64,000 bases of DNA from an uncultured Planctomycetaceae bacterium (GTDB lineage Bacteria > Planctomycetota > Planctomycetia > Planctomycetales > Planctomycetaceae): NCBI GenBank assembly GCA_963815195.1, contig CAWFGE010000021.1:192001-256000 (forward strand), given 5' to 3'. Below are positions 21,989 to 32,912 of the stretch, one piece after another. Below the pieces are notes generated by a model, which was given only the letters and a program-made list of their open reading frames with translations, was not told the origin of the DNA and ran no database searches. The translations under genes and the position numbers were made by a program. Each line of letters begins with the position of its first letter. Position 1 is the first letter of the stretch.

Positions 21989-22083
21989 GATTCTCCATTG
22001 GTGTTTGGCAAGGGGCAATGGAACAAAAGCCGGCGAACCGGCTGCGATTTACAACGGGTTTGAAAACGGACCGTCGCAAACGT

Positions 22084-22273
22084 GAGGGGTACGGGGCTAG
22101 CCGCCGGGCTTGACGTTGACAACACCACGTCATCGACGCCGGAGGCTAGCGCGTACCGCTCACATTTTCAAGCCGGAGGCTAGCGCCTACCGCTCACTTT
22201 TTCAAGCCGGAGGCTAGCGCCTACCGCTCACTTTTTCAAGCCGGAGGCTAGCGCCTACCGCTCACATTTTCAA
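22084..22273. repeat. REP-like element with four tandem 34-bp copies of one arm
   Basis: GCCGGAGGCTAGCGCCTACCGCTCAC(A/T)TTTTCAA x4 at 22138-22273; inverted partner at 22084-22107; same family at 32728-32869 and 50558-50652. Confidence 0.85.
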
Positions 22274-22292
22274 GTTCTTAGACTTACAAGCG

Positions 22293-25200
22293 TCAGTTCT
22301 GTGTTCGCGCCTTCTGCACGAGATCGCTCATCACGATCGCCGTGATTAAGGCGGGATAGCTTCCCCGCTGTTCGAGGGCCGTTTTATGGATCCGCTCGAC
22401 CTCCGCGGCGTCGGCGGCGCCCAGCGGTCGTCCGAGGGCAAATTGCGTGAGCTTCCAGGTGAGCGTCTCTTGGACCCGATCGCTTTTCGCCAACAGGTCC
22501 ATCAACTCGGAGCATGTCTTGTACTTTATGGTCTTGGCGGTTCCCGGGAACAGAATTTCCCCATCGGCCCGCAGCCGATTCCCGAACTCGTCCTTCGCAT
22601 GAAATGCTCCGAGTCCATCGAACTGCTCCAAACCGAAGGCGAGCGGTTCGAACTTCTGATGGCAGCTGCCGCACGCCATGTTGGCGATGCGTTGCTCGGC
22701 GATGTCCCGCAGCGTCATGCCCGGCTTGGCGGGGACGGGCGTCGTATCGACTCCCGGCGGCGGGGCCCCGATCACGCCCCGCAGAACATCTTTCAGCACA
22801 AACAGCCCGCGCGTGACCATCGACGCATCGTCGCCGCCAATCGTCAGCACGCTCCCCTGGGTCAAGAGACCGCCGCGGGAAGCGACTTTCGAGAGGTCGT
22901 ACCGCTGGAGTCCGTCGCCCTTGGGCTTTAGGCCGTAATGCCGGGCCAATCGCGGCGTGGCGTAGGTGAACTGGGCGTTGAACAAATCGCGGAGCGGCCG
23001 GTTTTCCTTCCAGGCCACCTCCTCGAAAAAGGCCAGCGTCTCGTCGCGCATGTCGCGCCCCAACGCCTGTTCCCAATTCGGATAGCGTTTCGCGTTCGGC
23101 TGCATATTGCCCAGCCGGTCGAGATTGAGCCAATCCGAGACGAACTGTTTTGAACGCAACACCGCCCGCGGATCCTTGAGCATCCGCTGGATCTCCGCGC
23201 GGCATTGGTCGCGGTTGGAAAGCCGGCCTTCGCGCGCCGCTTGGAACAGTTCCACATCCGGCGGGCCGCCCCAGAGAATATAACTCATCCGCGAGGCGAG
23301 TTCATAGTCGCCCACGCGCCGTTCGCCGCCGGGGCCGCGCTGCCGTTCGATGCGGTAGATAAATCGCGGCGATTGGAGCATCGCTTCCACCATCAGCGAA
23401 ACGCCTTGCTCATAACTCCCGCCGGCACTCGCGACCGCTGTGAGGATGCCGCTGAAGTTGGTGACTTCGCGGTCGTCGAGCGGCCCGCGGAGCAGCCATT
23501 CGCCCGCAGCGGCGACGAATTTTCGCGCGGTGGCATCGGTATTCAGGCTCCGCGACTTCGAGAACCGGCCGGCGAACTTCAGCACATCCATCCGCGCGGC
23601 GATTAACTGAGCCAACTGCGAATAGGCTTCGACATGCTTCAGATCGACGTTCAAATTGTAGGCGGTGTTGCTGAATCCATCGGCTCTGAGGTCCGGAGGC
23701 AACAACTCGCGGGCCTCGTTGGCAATGTTGACGCCAACGGCGCTCCGGACCGTTTCGATGTACTCATCCACGGTCAGCCGCTGCACCCAAGCCTCACTCG
23801 CGCCGGGACTGCTTCTGTAAACCGCCGGGTCGATAAGTTCGACGGACCAAACCGCCCCTTCGTCGATCCACTGTTTCAGCAGTCCCTTTTCGGCTGAAGA
23901 CAGTGACGGGCCCTTGGGCGGCATTTCGCCGGAGGCCACGCGTTCCCAGAGCAGGCTGCCCTCCGATTTGCCGGGGACGATCACCTTGCCGCTCTCGCCG
24001 CCGGCGAACGCGGCTTCTTTTTGCGACAAATCGAGACCGCCTTTTTTGAGGGTCGGGTCGTGGCATTCGAGGCAATTGCGGGCGATCACCGGGGCCACTT
24101 GGGTGGCAAACGTTCGCGCGGCTTGCGCGTGGGCGAGTCTCTCGGCGGCGTGCGGATCCATTCCGGCCCGCGGCCCCGCGCGAAAGTTCTGGATCACTTC
24201 CTCCGAATCGAGCGCTCGGTGATAAATCGCGACGAGATGAATTTCCCCCAGCCAGGGCCGATCCGATGTTCTCTCGTTGGCCAGCACCAGCGGAAAGCCG
24301 CCGTCCCAGTTGGAAAGGTTTCCCGCAACCTTCTTGGCGGCGCGCTGTTTTCCGTCCAGGTACACCCGCGCGTCGCCGGCTTTGTCCCGCGTGTAAACGA
24401 TGTGGGTCAGCCGGGAAGCTGCGGTGCGGGCTCCGCTGTCGGTTTCGGGAATCCCGTTTTCACTGGTGGCCGTGGTGCGGAAGCGAATGTGATAGTGATC
24501 GCGTTCCTGCCCCAACGTGAAGTTGCGGAAACCGGAATCGTTCGAAAGCGAAACGATGCGGGCGGGGCCGTTCTGCGAATCGTTCGCCGGCGTGACCCAG
24601 GCTTCGATCGTCGCCGCCCCCGATTGCTTGAGAGCATCGACAATCTTCCGGGCCGCTGCGACCGATTGAATCTTCGTCGCCGACCGCACCACCAGAGAAC
24701 GGTCGCCCCACTGGATGGCCGAAGGCTTTTCGATCTTCAAGTCGAGCGGTTCGCCTTGTCCCGAACGATCTTTGACGAGGTCCCCGCGGCCGGCTTCAAA
24801 TGTGTAGAAGGCGGAGAGGCCCTGACTGACGCGCGGCGAAGTTGTGGGAGCATTCCGAACAAGCATCGGCGTCTCAGCGGGGCCGTCACGACCTGCGGCG
24901 AAGTTCCGCGTGACTTCGTTCGCCGAGAGAGCCCGGTCGTAAATCGCAACCAGATGCAATTCCCCAAGCCAGGGGCGATCGCCGGTGACTTCGTTGGCCA
25001 GCGACAGCCGGAAGTTCTTGTCCCATCCCGAAAGCCCGCCGGCGACCTTCTTGGATGTTTTGGGCTTGCCATCGATGAAAATCCGAACGCTGCCGTCGGG
25101 GCTGCGTGTGAAGACGACATGCGTCAGCGATGTGGCCGCCGATTGGTCCGGGGCGCTCGTGGAGGGGATTCCATTCGTGCTGGTCGAGGTCGTCCGCAGC

Positions 25201-25682
25201 CGCACATCGTACCGCCGGCCGTCTTGCCCCAGCGTGAAATTGCGTTGGTTGGGGTCGGCGGAAAGGGAAACAATCCGCGCGGGACCGTCCTGCGTTTCCC
25301 GCTCCGGCTTGATCCAGGCTTCGATGGTGAGCGCATTCGTCCGCCGGATGGCATCGATGATCTTCCGGGCCGGTCCCGTGGAATGGATAAGCGTCGACGA
25401 GCGAACTCTCAACCCCGCTTTCCGCCACTCGACGGCCGAAGTGTTTTCGATCTTCAAATCGAGCGCGCTGCCGACCCCCGACCGATCGCGGATGAGGTCG
25501 CCTTGGCCCTCGTCAAATGTGTAGAGCACTTGCAAACCGTCCGTGACCCGCCCCGCATCCGCCGCGCGTATTCCGGGAATGGAGGACATTGACAGGAGCA
25601 TCAAGACCGAAAGGGACAGGCTTCGTCCGACCGTCCTCATTTTCCGATTCGAACTGCTCAAGGTGTGGAGTCGATCGATCAT
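22293..25682 (-). CDS. Two LamG-like domains + planctomycete cytochrome c + DUF1587/1595/1592/1588/1585 protein
   Basis: Duplicated TIEAWI(V)..PARIVSLS..RNFTLGQ units; CLECH and CGSCH heme motifs; RLTVDEY, LQSPRFIYR, ELASRMSY, RGGLLTQG. Confidence 0.85.
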   Translation of the reverse strand: MIDRLHTLSSSNRKMRTVGRSLSLSVLMLLSMSSIPGIRAADAGRVTDGLQVLYTFDEGQGDLIRDRSGVGSALDLKIENTSAVEWRKAGLRVRSSTLIHSTGPARKIIDAIRRTNALTIEAWIKPERETQDGPARIVSLSADPNQRNFTLGQDGRRYDVRLRTTSTSTNGIPSTSAPDQSAATSLTHVVFTRSPDGSVRIFIDGKPKTSKKVAGGLSGWDKNFRLSLANEVTGDRPWLGELHLVAIYDRALSANEVTRNFAAGRDGPAETPMLVRNAPTTSPRVSQGLSAFYTFEAGRGDLVKDRSGQGEPLDLKIEKPSAIQWGDRSLVVRSATKIQSVAAARKIVDALKQSGAATIEAWVTPANDSQNGPARIVSLSNDSGFRNFTLGQERDHYHIRFRTTATSENGIPETDSGARTAASRLTHIVYTRDKAGDARVYLDGKQRAAKKVAGNLSNWDGGFPLVLANERTSDRPWLGEIHLVAIYHRALDSEEVIQNFRAGPRAGMDPHAAERLAHAQAARTFATQVAPVIARNCLECHDPTLKKGGLDLSQKEAAFAGGESGKVIVPGKSEGSLLWERVASGEMPPKGPSLSSAEKGLLKQWIDEGAVWSVELIDPAVYRSSPGASEAWVQRLTVDEYIETVRSAVGVNIANEARELLPPDLRADGFSNTAYNLNVDLKHVEAYSQLAQLIAARMDVLKFAGRFSKSRSLNTDATARKFVAAAGEWLLRGPLDDREVTNFSGILTAVASAGGSYEQGVSLMVEAMLQSPRFIYRIERQRGPGGERRVGDYELASRMSYILWGGPPDVELFQAAREGRLSNRDQCRAEIQRMLKDPRAVLRSKQFVSDWLNLDRLGNMQPNAKRYPNWEQALGRDMRDETLAFFEEVAWKENRPLRDLFNAQFTYATPRLARHYGLKPKGDGLQRYDLSKVASRGGLLTQGSVLTIGGDDASMVTRGLFVLKDVLRGVIGAPPPGVDTTPVPAKPGMTLRDIAEQRIANMACGSCHQKFEPLAFGLEQFDGLGAFHAKDEFGNRLRADGEILFPGTAKTIKYKTCSELMDLLAKSDRVQETLTWKLTQFALGRPLGAADAAEVERIHKTALEQRGSYPALITAIVMSDLVQKARTQN

Positions 25683-25744
25683 GTTTCGTTTCCCTGTCTT
25701 GGTTTCAATCACACAAACGGCGGCCGGCGGATCTTGAGGAAGCT

Positions 25745-26419
25745 TTACACATCAGTCCAGAACCGCCGCAACCCGCGCTCGAGATGCTCACTCGCGAGAC
25801 TCGCGGCCCGCGCCCCGTCGCCCGCGACCAACGCCTCCAGAATCGCCTGATGTTCGTCGCACGACTCCGCCATCCGCTCGGGCGTTTTTTGCGAAATCTG
25901 ATAGATCACCCGCCGGATCCTGTCGCTAAGACGCTGAAGCACCCGGGTGATTTCCTCGTTTCCGAAGAAGTCGAACAACATCCGATGAAACTCGGCATCG
26001 CATTCCACCACATCGTCCACCTGCTGTTTTCGCGTTGCCTCGCGATACCGCGTTTGGTTCTCGCGCAGTTGGCGAATTTGATCCTTCGATAACCGGCCGG
26101 CCAGGCGATTGAGGACAAATGGCTCGAGCGCCTGCCGGATTTGGTAATGATTGACGACGTCCTGGAGGGACATCTCCCGCACGATCACCCCGTGCTGCGG
26201 GGCGAGCGAGACCAGCCCATCGGCCTCCAGGCGTTCGATCGCGGCGTGCACGGGCGTCCGGCTCATCTTGAGTTGCACCGCCAGTTGCCGGACAGAAAGC
26301 ACCGCGCCCGCGGTGAGTTCACCGGCCAGAATCAGCCGTTTCAGCTTCAGATACGCTTGTTGCTTCAAAGACGCATTGCTTGCCGGGACAAGCTTTGAAG
26401 TGGTTTGGGGCATTACCAT
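25745..26419 (-). CDS. GntR/FadR-family regulator (FCD domain)
   Basis: LKQQAYLKLK..MSRTPV HTH; DAEFH and EHQAIL FCD motifs. Confidence 0.9.
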   Translation of the reverse strand: MVMPQTTSKLVPASNASLKQQAYLKLKRLILAGELTAGAVLSVRQLAVQLKMSRTPVHAAIERLEADGLVSLAPQHGVIVREMSLQDVVNHYQIRQALEPFVLNRLAGRLSKDQIRQLRENQTRYREATRKQQVDDVVECDAEFHRMLFDFFGNEEITRVLQRLSDRIRRVIYQISQKTPERMAESCDEHQAILEALVAGDGARAASLASEHLERGLRRFWTDV

Positions 26420-26468
26420 GGGAAAGGTCCATTGGTCGTCATCGGGACAACGCGGCTTTGATTTAGGC

Positions 26469-26498
26469 AGCATAACTGGCATGCCAGCGGCGTGTCAA
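26469..26498 (-). promoter_or_regulatory. sigma70-type promoter with a palindromic operator in the spacer
   Basis: Minus strand TTGACA-N18-TATGCT; CTGGCATGCCAG palindrome at 26476-26487. Confidence 0.6.
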
Positions 26499-26692
26499 CC
26501 GAGTGTCCGTGAATCGCAAACATGAACGAAAGCGCAACTGACAACAGAAATTGAAAGCGGCAAAGCGACCTCTTTTGCAAAACGAATGCGCGAATCGCCC
26601 GTGAGGATCAATGACCGGATCGGATCGGATCGGATCGGATCAAAAACATCCCACGGGCGTCGGCAAGCAGAAGGTCGGGGCCTGACCTATCG

Positions 26693-26956
26693 TCAGACGT
26701 GGCTTTCGACGTCTTTGAGTTTGGGGGTGAGGTAATCGACGGTGCTGCTCATGCTGGCGAGATGGACGTAGTCTTCTTCGGGGATCTGGACGCGGTATTG
26801 TTTGCGCAACTCCATCACGATGTCCAGAAAATCCATGCTGTCCAGTTCCATTTGCTCGCGGAACGGCTCTTGGTCTTCCAGGTTCGTCAGGTCTTCATCG
26901 GGGGCGATGCGCTCTAAGATGTCGAGGATAACCTGCCTGATTTGTCCCGAATTCAT
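26693..26956 (-). CDS. Acyl carrier protein
   Basis: ELDSMDFLDIVMEL phosphopantetheine site. Confidence 0.9.
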   Translation of the reverse strand: MNSGQIRQVILDILERIAPDEDLTNLEDQEPFREQMELDSMDFLDIVMELRKQYRVQIPEEDYVHLASMSSTVDYLTPKLKDVESHV

Positions 26957-27009
26957 TCAGTGGCTCCAGCGGATGGTTGCGTTGTGTCTCGGATCGGGTG
27001 GGTTTTAGG

Positions 27010-27063
27010 AGCCCGAAGCGCAAGCGAGGGATTTTCGTTTTTCCCTCGCTTGCGCCTCGGGCT
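27010..27063. repeat. REP doublet (AGCCCGAAGCGCAAGCGAGGG family)
   Basis: Inverted pair; single arm also at 6122-6142. Confidence 0.75.
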
Positions 27064-27089
27064 GGTGTGTTTAGGTTTCGGATTGAGAA

Positions 27090-28344
27090 TCAATCCCCTT
27101 CGTATTTTTTGAGGATCACCACGGAGTTGATCCCTAGCATTCCGAACGAGTTGTTCAGAATGTAGCGGACCGGCCCGACTTCGCGGGGTTCGTTGGCGAC
27201 GATGTTTCGGAGCGGACACTTGGGATCCAAGTGATTCAGATTGATTGTAGCGTGTGCGATCCCATCGTCAAACGAAGGCAGATTTCCCAAAAGCTCCAAA
27301 GCCCCGGCGGCGCCCATCGCGTGGCCGATGAAACTCTTGGTGTTGTTGACCACGGCTTTCGTGTCGTCGCCGAAGACTTCGTGGAGAGCCAAGGCCTCTT
27401 CCAAATCGCCCTGCTCGGTGGCGGTGGCGTGGCTGCTGACGATGTCGATTTCGCCCGGCTTCAAATTCGCCCGCCCGAGAGCCAGGCGGATGCACTCCGC
27501 CTGTCGGCCGTGGTGAGGCAGGACGAAATCGTGGGCGTCGGAATTCATCGCATAACCCACGATCTCTCCGTAAATCGTCGCGCCGCGGGCCAAGGCGTCG
27601 GGCAGGCGTTCCAGGGTGCACAGGGCGCCGCCCTCGGCCACGACGATGCCGTTGCGGTCCCGATCGAAAGGCCGGCAGGCTTGGGCGGGATCTTCGTGGC
27701 GGGCCAGGGCCCCCTGGCTTTGAAAGCTCGCAAAAATCCCGAAGGTGTGAATGCTCTCCGAAACACCCCCGGCGATCGCCAGATCGACCTCGCCCAAACG
27801 CAGCATTTGCGCGGCTTGAATGTAACCCGCATTCCCCGCGGCACACGCGGCCCCGATCGTCAAATGGGGGCCGGTGATTTTGAGGCTCAGCGTGATCTCG
27901 CCCGCCGGGTTGTTGGCGACGGTACGGGGGTTGTGGTGATGCGACCAGACTTTGGTGTCGTAGTCGAATTTCGAGATTTCGTAGATTTCGTTTTCGGTCT
28001 CGACGTTGCCGTGCTCGGTGATGCCCACATACACGCCCACGCGGTTTCGCGGGACGGTTTCCCAATCCAGCCCGGCGTGGCGGATGGCTTCGTTCGCGCA
28101 GTATACGCCGATGGACCCGGCCCGCGTGCCCCGGCGGACTTCCTTCCGCTTCTGATAACGAAGTTCATCGAAGTGGCAGACCCCGGCGAGCACCGGCCCC
28201 ATGATAGCGGGTTTCGTACGGGATCACGCCGGACCGCCCCGAGAGCAAAGCCGCCCGGAACTCCGCGAGGTTATTCCCGTTGGGAGCCGTCAGACCGATG
28301 CCCGTGAGGACGATCCGGTCCCGATCAGATGGAGAAGTCTGCAT
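27090..28344 (-). CDS. fabF: Beta-ketoacyl-ACP synthase (FabF-like); frameshift near 28203
   Basis: IVLTGIGLTAPNG, AACAAG, HATAT, KSFIGHAMG, NNSFG. Confidence 0.8.
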
Positions 28345-28700
28345 CCGTTCTACCGCACGCTCGCCGGACCGCAATGCCGCCCGGCGCGAAAAACGAGGAA
28401 CTGCTTATGAGGGTTGGACTTACGAAAAATGGTTCGGAATGAAGCCGGGAGCGCGAAACTGTGTATTTTAGGAGATTAACCTGTTCCCCACCGGCTCGCA
28501 AGCGGGGGCAAATTCCAATTTCCGGGTTTTCTCTGAAGTTCCGGTCCGAAAGGCTTCCCTTGCCCCGCGGTTTCCGGGGATGAATCCTCGAAAAATCCGG
28601 TCTTGCATTAAAGTTTGGGTTTCGCATAATCCCCGCGTGCCTGGTCAGATTCTCCGCGGCGAAACCGCCGCGGCCCCATTGAAGCACGGAATGAGTCCGC

Positions 28701-29597
28701 ATGTGGTGCACGAAGTGTCAAGCGGAGGTGGCGGCGGAAATGGCTCCGGACAACCGCCGGCTGTTATGTGCGAGCTGCGGTTCGCCGGTTCGCACTGTGC
28801 CGCTTTCGCCCACGGAGGACAAAACCCGCCAGGCGCGGGAACTTCTGGAGCGCTGGTCCAAAACCCGCTGGTCCGAACCCGCCGCGGATCCGGCGGATTC
28901 CCTGCGGCTGAATTTCGCGCCCTCGCCGCAAATGTCGAATGAAGGCCCGGCGGCCCGGGTGCCGCCCGGCTCCACATTCCGCGTGGACGATCCCCACCCC
29001 GACCGCGGCACCGCGACCGACGCCGACACGCGGAAGGAAACTCGCCAGGCCGCGGAAGCACCAAAGCCGGCGGCTGCTCGGCAGGAATCTTACAGTCCGC
29101 CCCCGTCGCGGACGCACCATCCGCACGGCGTCTCGGCTCCGCCACCGCATTTTCCTGCCGAGCCTCCGCCCGCGATAGATTTTTCCGACGACATCCCCCG
29201 CAGCACGTCGTCCAAGCTGCAAGCGTTTTGGGGGCAGATGCTGGCCTACGCGGGCGTGTTGGCCCTCACCATCGGGGCGGTGTTCGTGCTCTTGGGATAC
29301 TTCGGCGGCGCCCAATGGCAGTCCTACACGCCCACCGGCTGGCTGGTAACGACCATCGGCCAGATGCTGCTGTTTCTGGGCGTCGTGACGCTGGTTTCCG
29401 GGGGAATGGAGCAAACCACCGAAGAAGTCGCCCGGCGGATTGATCGGCTTGGCCAACGCATCATCCGCATCGAATGGGCCGCGGGAAACCATGTCCTCAA
29501 AGGCCCCAATTTGCCCGCCGAGCAATTCCAGGCAAACGCCGACGGGCAAACCAGCGGCCAAACCGCCGGGCAGAGCGAAACTCAGAAAACGTCTTAA
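28701..29597 (+). CDS. Zinc-ribbon membrane protein
   Basis: MWCTKC...CASCG, Pro-rich linker, two TM helices. Confidence 0.7.
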   Translation: MWCTKCQAEVAAEMAPDNRRLLCASCGSPVRTVPLSPTEDKTRQARELLERWSKTRWSEPAADPADSLRLNFAPSPQMSNEGPAARVPPGSTFRVDDPHPDRGTATDADTRKETRQAAEAPKPAAARQESYSPPPSRTHHPHGVSAPPPHFPAEPPPAIDFSDDIPRSTSSKLQAFWGQMLAYAGVLALTIGAVFVLLGYFGGAQWQSYTPTGWLVTTIGQMLLFLGVVTLVSGGMEQTTEEVARRIDRLGQRIIRIEWAAGNHVLKGPNLPAEQFQANADGQTSGQTAGQSETQKTS

Positions 29598-29689
29598 GCA
29601 GAACCAGGGAAGCCGTCGGGGAAGTTTCTGGGGTTTTTGTGAGTGATCAGCCAGCTTGCGCTGGCCGTTCGCCTTGCTGGTTTTTCACG

Positions 29690-30187
29690 TCACGGGGCGA
29701 TGAAGGCCAGGTAATAAAACAACAGGCCGGTGATCGAGGTCAGCGTGAGGTCGATCGTGGAAATCCAGCCCAGCGTCTTGTGAAGCCCGCTGTGCACTCC
29801 GGGAGCGGGCGGCTTGGGGAACCGCCGGAGGGCCAGAGCGATCGTGACCGCCCACAGAATCGGCGTCGTCACCGCAAAGCACAAATGCACGTAAAGCATG
29901 CTGCGGATGCGGGCCATCTCCTCGGCCGATCGGCGCGGGGCGTCGGGGTTCTTGTTGACCACGTTTTCCCAGCCGCCGTGGACAAGTTGCACGTCCACCT
30001 CAAACGCCGCGACCGCAAACAACAACACGCCGGCGAGAGTCAATTGCAGAAATTTATGCCGGGGGTAGTTCTGCCGCTTTTTGACGAGAAATATGCTATA
30101 GATCAGGGCGGGCACGACCAGCACCAGCGCGCACACCACCACGTCCAGCATAAACGTCGTCTGATAGCCCAAAAATCCCTCGGCCAT
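29690..30187 (-). CDS. DUF420 membrane protein
   Basis: Four TM helices, HKFLQ, VHLCFA, HKTLGW. Confidence 0.75.
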   Translation of the reverse strand: MAEGFLGYQTTFMLDVVVCALVLVVPALIYSIFLVKKRQNYPRHKFLQLTLAGVLLFAVAAFEVDVQLVHGGWENVVNKNPDAPRRSAEEMARIRSMLYVHLCFAVTTPILWAVTIALALRRFPKPPAPGVHSGLHKTLGWISTIDLTLTSITGLLFYYLAFIAP

Positions 30188-30269
30188 GGTCGCTCCTTGT
30201 CAGAAATTCACCTGGAGAGACATTAGCAAAAGCGCCCGCGTTGTCCAGCGGCAAAGATCCCGCGGTGGG

Positions 30270-30425
30270 AAATCCGAAATCCGAAGCACGAAATCCGAAA
30301 AAAAATCCCAATCACTGAAATCCAAAGATCCAAACTTTGCGCGTCGGGTGTGGTAATGAATGGAGGGATTTGTTGGGATATTCGGATTTGGGATTTGTTT
30401 CGGATTTCGGATTTCGTCCTTCGGG
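30270..30425. repeat. AAATCCG-periodic inverted repeat element
   Basis: AAATCCGAAATCCGAAGCACGAAATCCGAA ... TTCGGATTTCGGATTTCG; related copy at 44000-44117. Confidence 0.7.
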
Positions 30426-30584
30426 TTTGAGGTCTCGAAAGAAATCGCCAAGCGGGGTGGGGAATTGCCCCCGGTCTGATTGCTCCCCTGGGCCGGGTTT
30501 TGTAACCTGCAACTTCGCGTATAGAATTGATCTGACCTCCTCTCGCTGGAGAGAGTGACCGCTAACGGAGTACAAAAGCCCGAT

Positions 30585-32540
30585 ATGTCCGCCCCGCCTC
30601 CGGAGAAACCCGCCCCGCCGCCCGGCAAACGCCCGCCTTCCCGCCGCGACAGCGGAGACGAAGCCCCGCGTCCCGGCTTTTCCAGCGGCTGGCTGATTGT
30701 GATCGTCCTTTTGGGTTTTCTGATGATCTATTTGTATCAGCAGAATCCCGAAAACTCGGGACGCACGGTGGCGTATTCGCTGTTCCTCGAACAGGTCGAA
30801 AAGAAAAACGTCAGCGAGGTTACGTTTCACGGCGAGGTCCTCACCGGGAAATGGAAAAAACCGCCCCAGGATCCCGATGACACCAAGGAGCCCCTGCCGG
30901 ACGACTTCAACACGGTCGTCCCCCCGCCGGCTCTGCAGGACTCCAAACTCAACACGAAACTCGAGGATGCGGGCGTCCAAATCGTCGCGAAGGCCACCGG
31001 CACGGGCATGGGGACGCAACTTGTGTTCTGGATGCTCGGGCCGATCTTGCTGATCGGGTTTTTCTGGTTCATGATGCGCCGCTCGAGCGATCCGATGGGC
31101 GGCGGCATGATGGGCAATTTCATCCGCAGCCAGGCCAAGCGGTTCCAAGCCTCCGACCAGCGGACCACCTTCGACGACGTGGCCGCGATGGAACAGGCCA
31201 AGATGGAGATGCAGGAACTGGTCGAATACCTCAAAAGCCCCGCCAAGTTCCAACGCCTGGGGGCGACGATTCCCAAAGGCGTGCTCTTGATGGGGGCACC
31301 CGGCACCGGCAAAACTCTGATCGCGCGGGCCACGGCGGGCGAAGCCGGCGTGCCGTTTTATTCGATCAACGGTTCCGAGTTCATCCAGATGTTCGTCGGC
31401 GTGGGGGCGAGCCGGGTCCGCGATCTGTTCCGCACCGCCAAGGACAACGCGCCCTGCATCATCTTTATTGATGAGATCGACGCCGTCGGCCGGGTTCGCG
31501 GAGCGGGCGTCGGCGGCGGGCACGATGAACGCGAGCAAACGCTGAACCAGATCCTCAGCGAGATGGACGGTTTTACGCCCACGGAAGCTCTGATCGTGAT
31601 GGCCGCCACCAACCGCCCCGACGTGCTCGATCCCGCGCTTTTGCGGCCGGGCCGGTTCGATCGGCACATCACCATCGACCGCCCCACCAAAGCGGGCCGG
31701 CTCGGCATCTTGAAAGTCCACTGCCGCAAAGTCCCGCTGGGCGAAGATGTGAACCTCGAAGAAATCGCCGCCGCCACGATCGGGTTCTCGGGGGCGGAAC
31801 TTAAAAACCTCGTGAACGAGGCGGCCCTAAACGCCGCCCGCAGTTCGCAAAGCGTGGTCAAGCGGGACGATTTCGATTATGCCCGCGACCGCGTGCTGAT
31901 GGGGCCGCGCCGCGAGGAAATCCTCAACGCCCACGAACGCGAGATGACGGCTTACCACGAAGCCGGCCACGCTTTGTTGGGCTGGATCCTTCCCGAAGCC
32001 GATCCTGTGCACAAAGTCACGATCATTCCCCGCGGCCGGGCGCTGGGCGTCACGCAGTTCTTGCCGGACGACGACCGCTACAGCATCGGCGAACGCCGCT
32101 TGCAAACGCAGCTCATCGTTGCCCTGGGCGGCCGGGCCGCCGAGAAATTGGTGTTCGACGAATACACCGCCGGCGGCGAAGGCGACCTCAAACAAGTCAC
32201 CCAAATCGCGCGCCGCATGGTCGCCAACTGGGGCATGAGCGACGTGATCGGACCCGTCGCATTCACGCAGTCGGAAGAGCATCCGTTCCTCGGCAAGGAA
32301 ATCCACGAGCAGCGGACCTACAGCGATGAAACCGCCCGCATCATCGATCAGGAAGTGCAGCGGTTTCTCGTCGGGGCGTCCAACAAAGCCCAGCAAATCC
32401 TCAAAGAGCACCGCGACCAACTCGACGCCCTGGCCCACGCCCTCCAAGAACACGAAAGCGTGGATGCGAAAATGCTCCTGGACCTCATCGGCAAAGCCGG
32501 CCAATACAAACTCGAAGAAACCAACGGCAAACCCGCCTGA
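30585..32540 (+). CDS. ftsH: ATP-dependent zinc metalloprotease FtsH
   Basis: Two [42 protein letters not shown]. Confidence 0.95.
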   Translation: MSAPPPEKPAPPPGKRPPSRRDSGDEAPRPGFSSGWLIVIVLLGFLMIYLYQQNPENSGRTVAYSLFLEQVEKKNVSEVTFHGEVLTGKWKKPPQDPDDTKEPLPDDFNTVVPPPALQDSKLNTKLEDAGVQIVAKATGTGMGTQLVFWMLGPILLIGFFWFMMRRSSDPMGGGMMGNFIRSQAKRFQASDQRTTFDDVAAMEQAKMEMQELVEYLKSPAKFQRLGATIPKGVLLMGAPGTGKTLIARATAGEAGVPFYSINGSEFIQMFVGVGASRVRDLFRTAKDNAPCIIFIDEIDAVGRVRGAGVGGGHDEREQTLNQILSEMDGFTPTEALIVMAATNRPDVLDPALLRPGRFDRHITIDRPTKAGRLGILKVHCRKVPLGEDVNLEEIAAATIGFSGAELKNLVNEAALNAARSSQSVVKRDDFDYARDRVLMGPRREEILNAHEREMTAYHEAGHALLGWILPEADPVHKVTIIPRGRALGVTQFLPDDDRYSIGERRLQTQLIVALGGRAAEKLVFDEYTAGGEGDLKQVTQIARRMVANWGMSDVIGPVAFTQSEEHPFLGKEIHEQRTYSDETARIIDQEVQRFLVGASNKAQQILKEHRDQLDALAHALQEHESVDAKMLLDLIGKAGQYKLEETNGKPA

Positions 32541-32727
32541 GGGTTATTCGTCAGCGGTTTGGGAACGCACTCGTCGCCAGGGCTCTGGCTCCCGGCGATG
32601 CGCGCACTGCGAGTTTCCCGCGATCTTGGTGCGGCCCGTTTGCCGATGCGCTGGCCGGCGGTGGCGTTTGCCGGGGGTTTCTCCGGTCTGTCTATCCGCC
32701 GTCCCCCCGATTTCTCCAGGCACTTCG

Positions 32728-32869
32728 CTTTGCCATACTGATTTTAGAACGTGTTTGAAAATCTCAGCGGTAGGCGCTAGCCTCCGGCTTCGATGAAACT
32801 TTGCCATACTGATTTTAGAACGTGTTTGAAAATCTCAGCGGTAGGCGCTAGCCTCCGGCTTCGATGAAA
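32728..32869. repeat. Exact 71-bp tandem duplication containing a GTAG-type REP
   Basis: Units 32728-32798 and 32799-32869 with GCGGTAGGCGCTAGCCTCCGG. Confidence 0.85.
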
Positions 32870-32912
32870 CGAGATTCACAAAATCAAATCGCAATAGGGA
32901 AGGGAGTGCGTC

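Noticed and set aside
22138..22273. Possible CRISPR array (four ~34-bp repeats)
   Set aside because: Units are head-to-tail with no unique spacers, no cas genes nearby, and the unit is a dispersed REP family.
26596..26660. (CGGAT)x5 microsatellite inside an inverted repeat downstream of the ACP gene
   Set aside because: Intergenic and short; nothing supports phase variation. Probably a terminator-like or degenerate repeat.
26693..28344. ACP + ketosynthase as a secondary-metabolite cluster
   Set aside because: No chain-length factor, tailoring or transport genes adjacent; consistent with fatty-acid-type metabolism.
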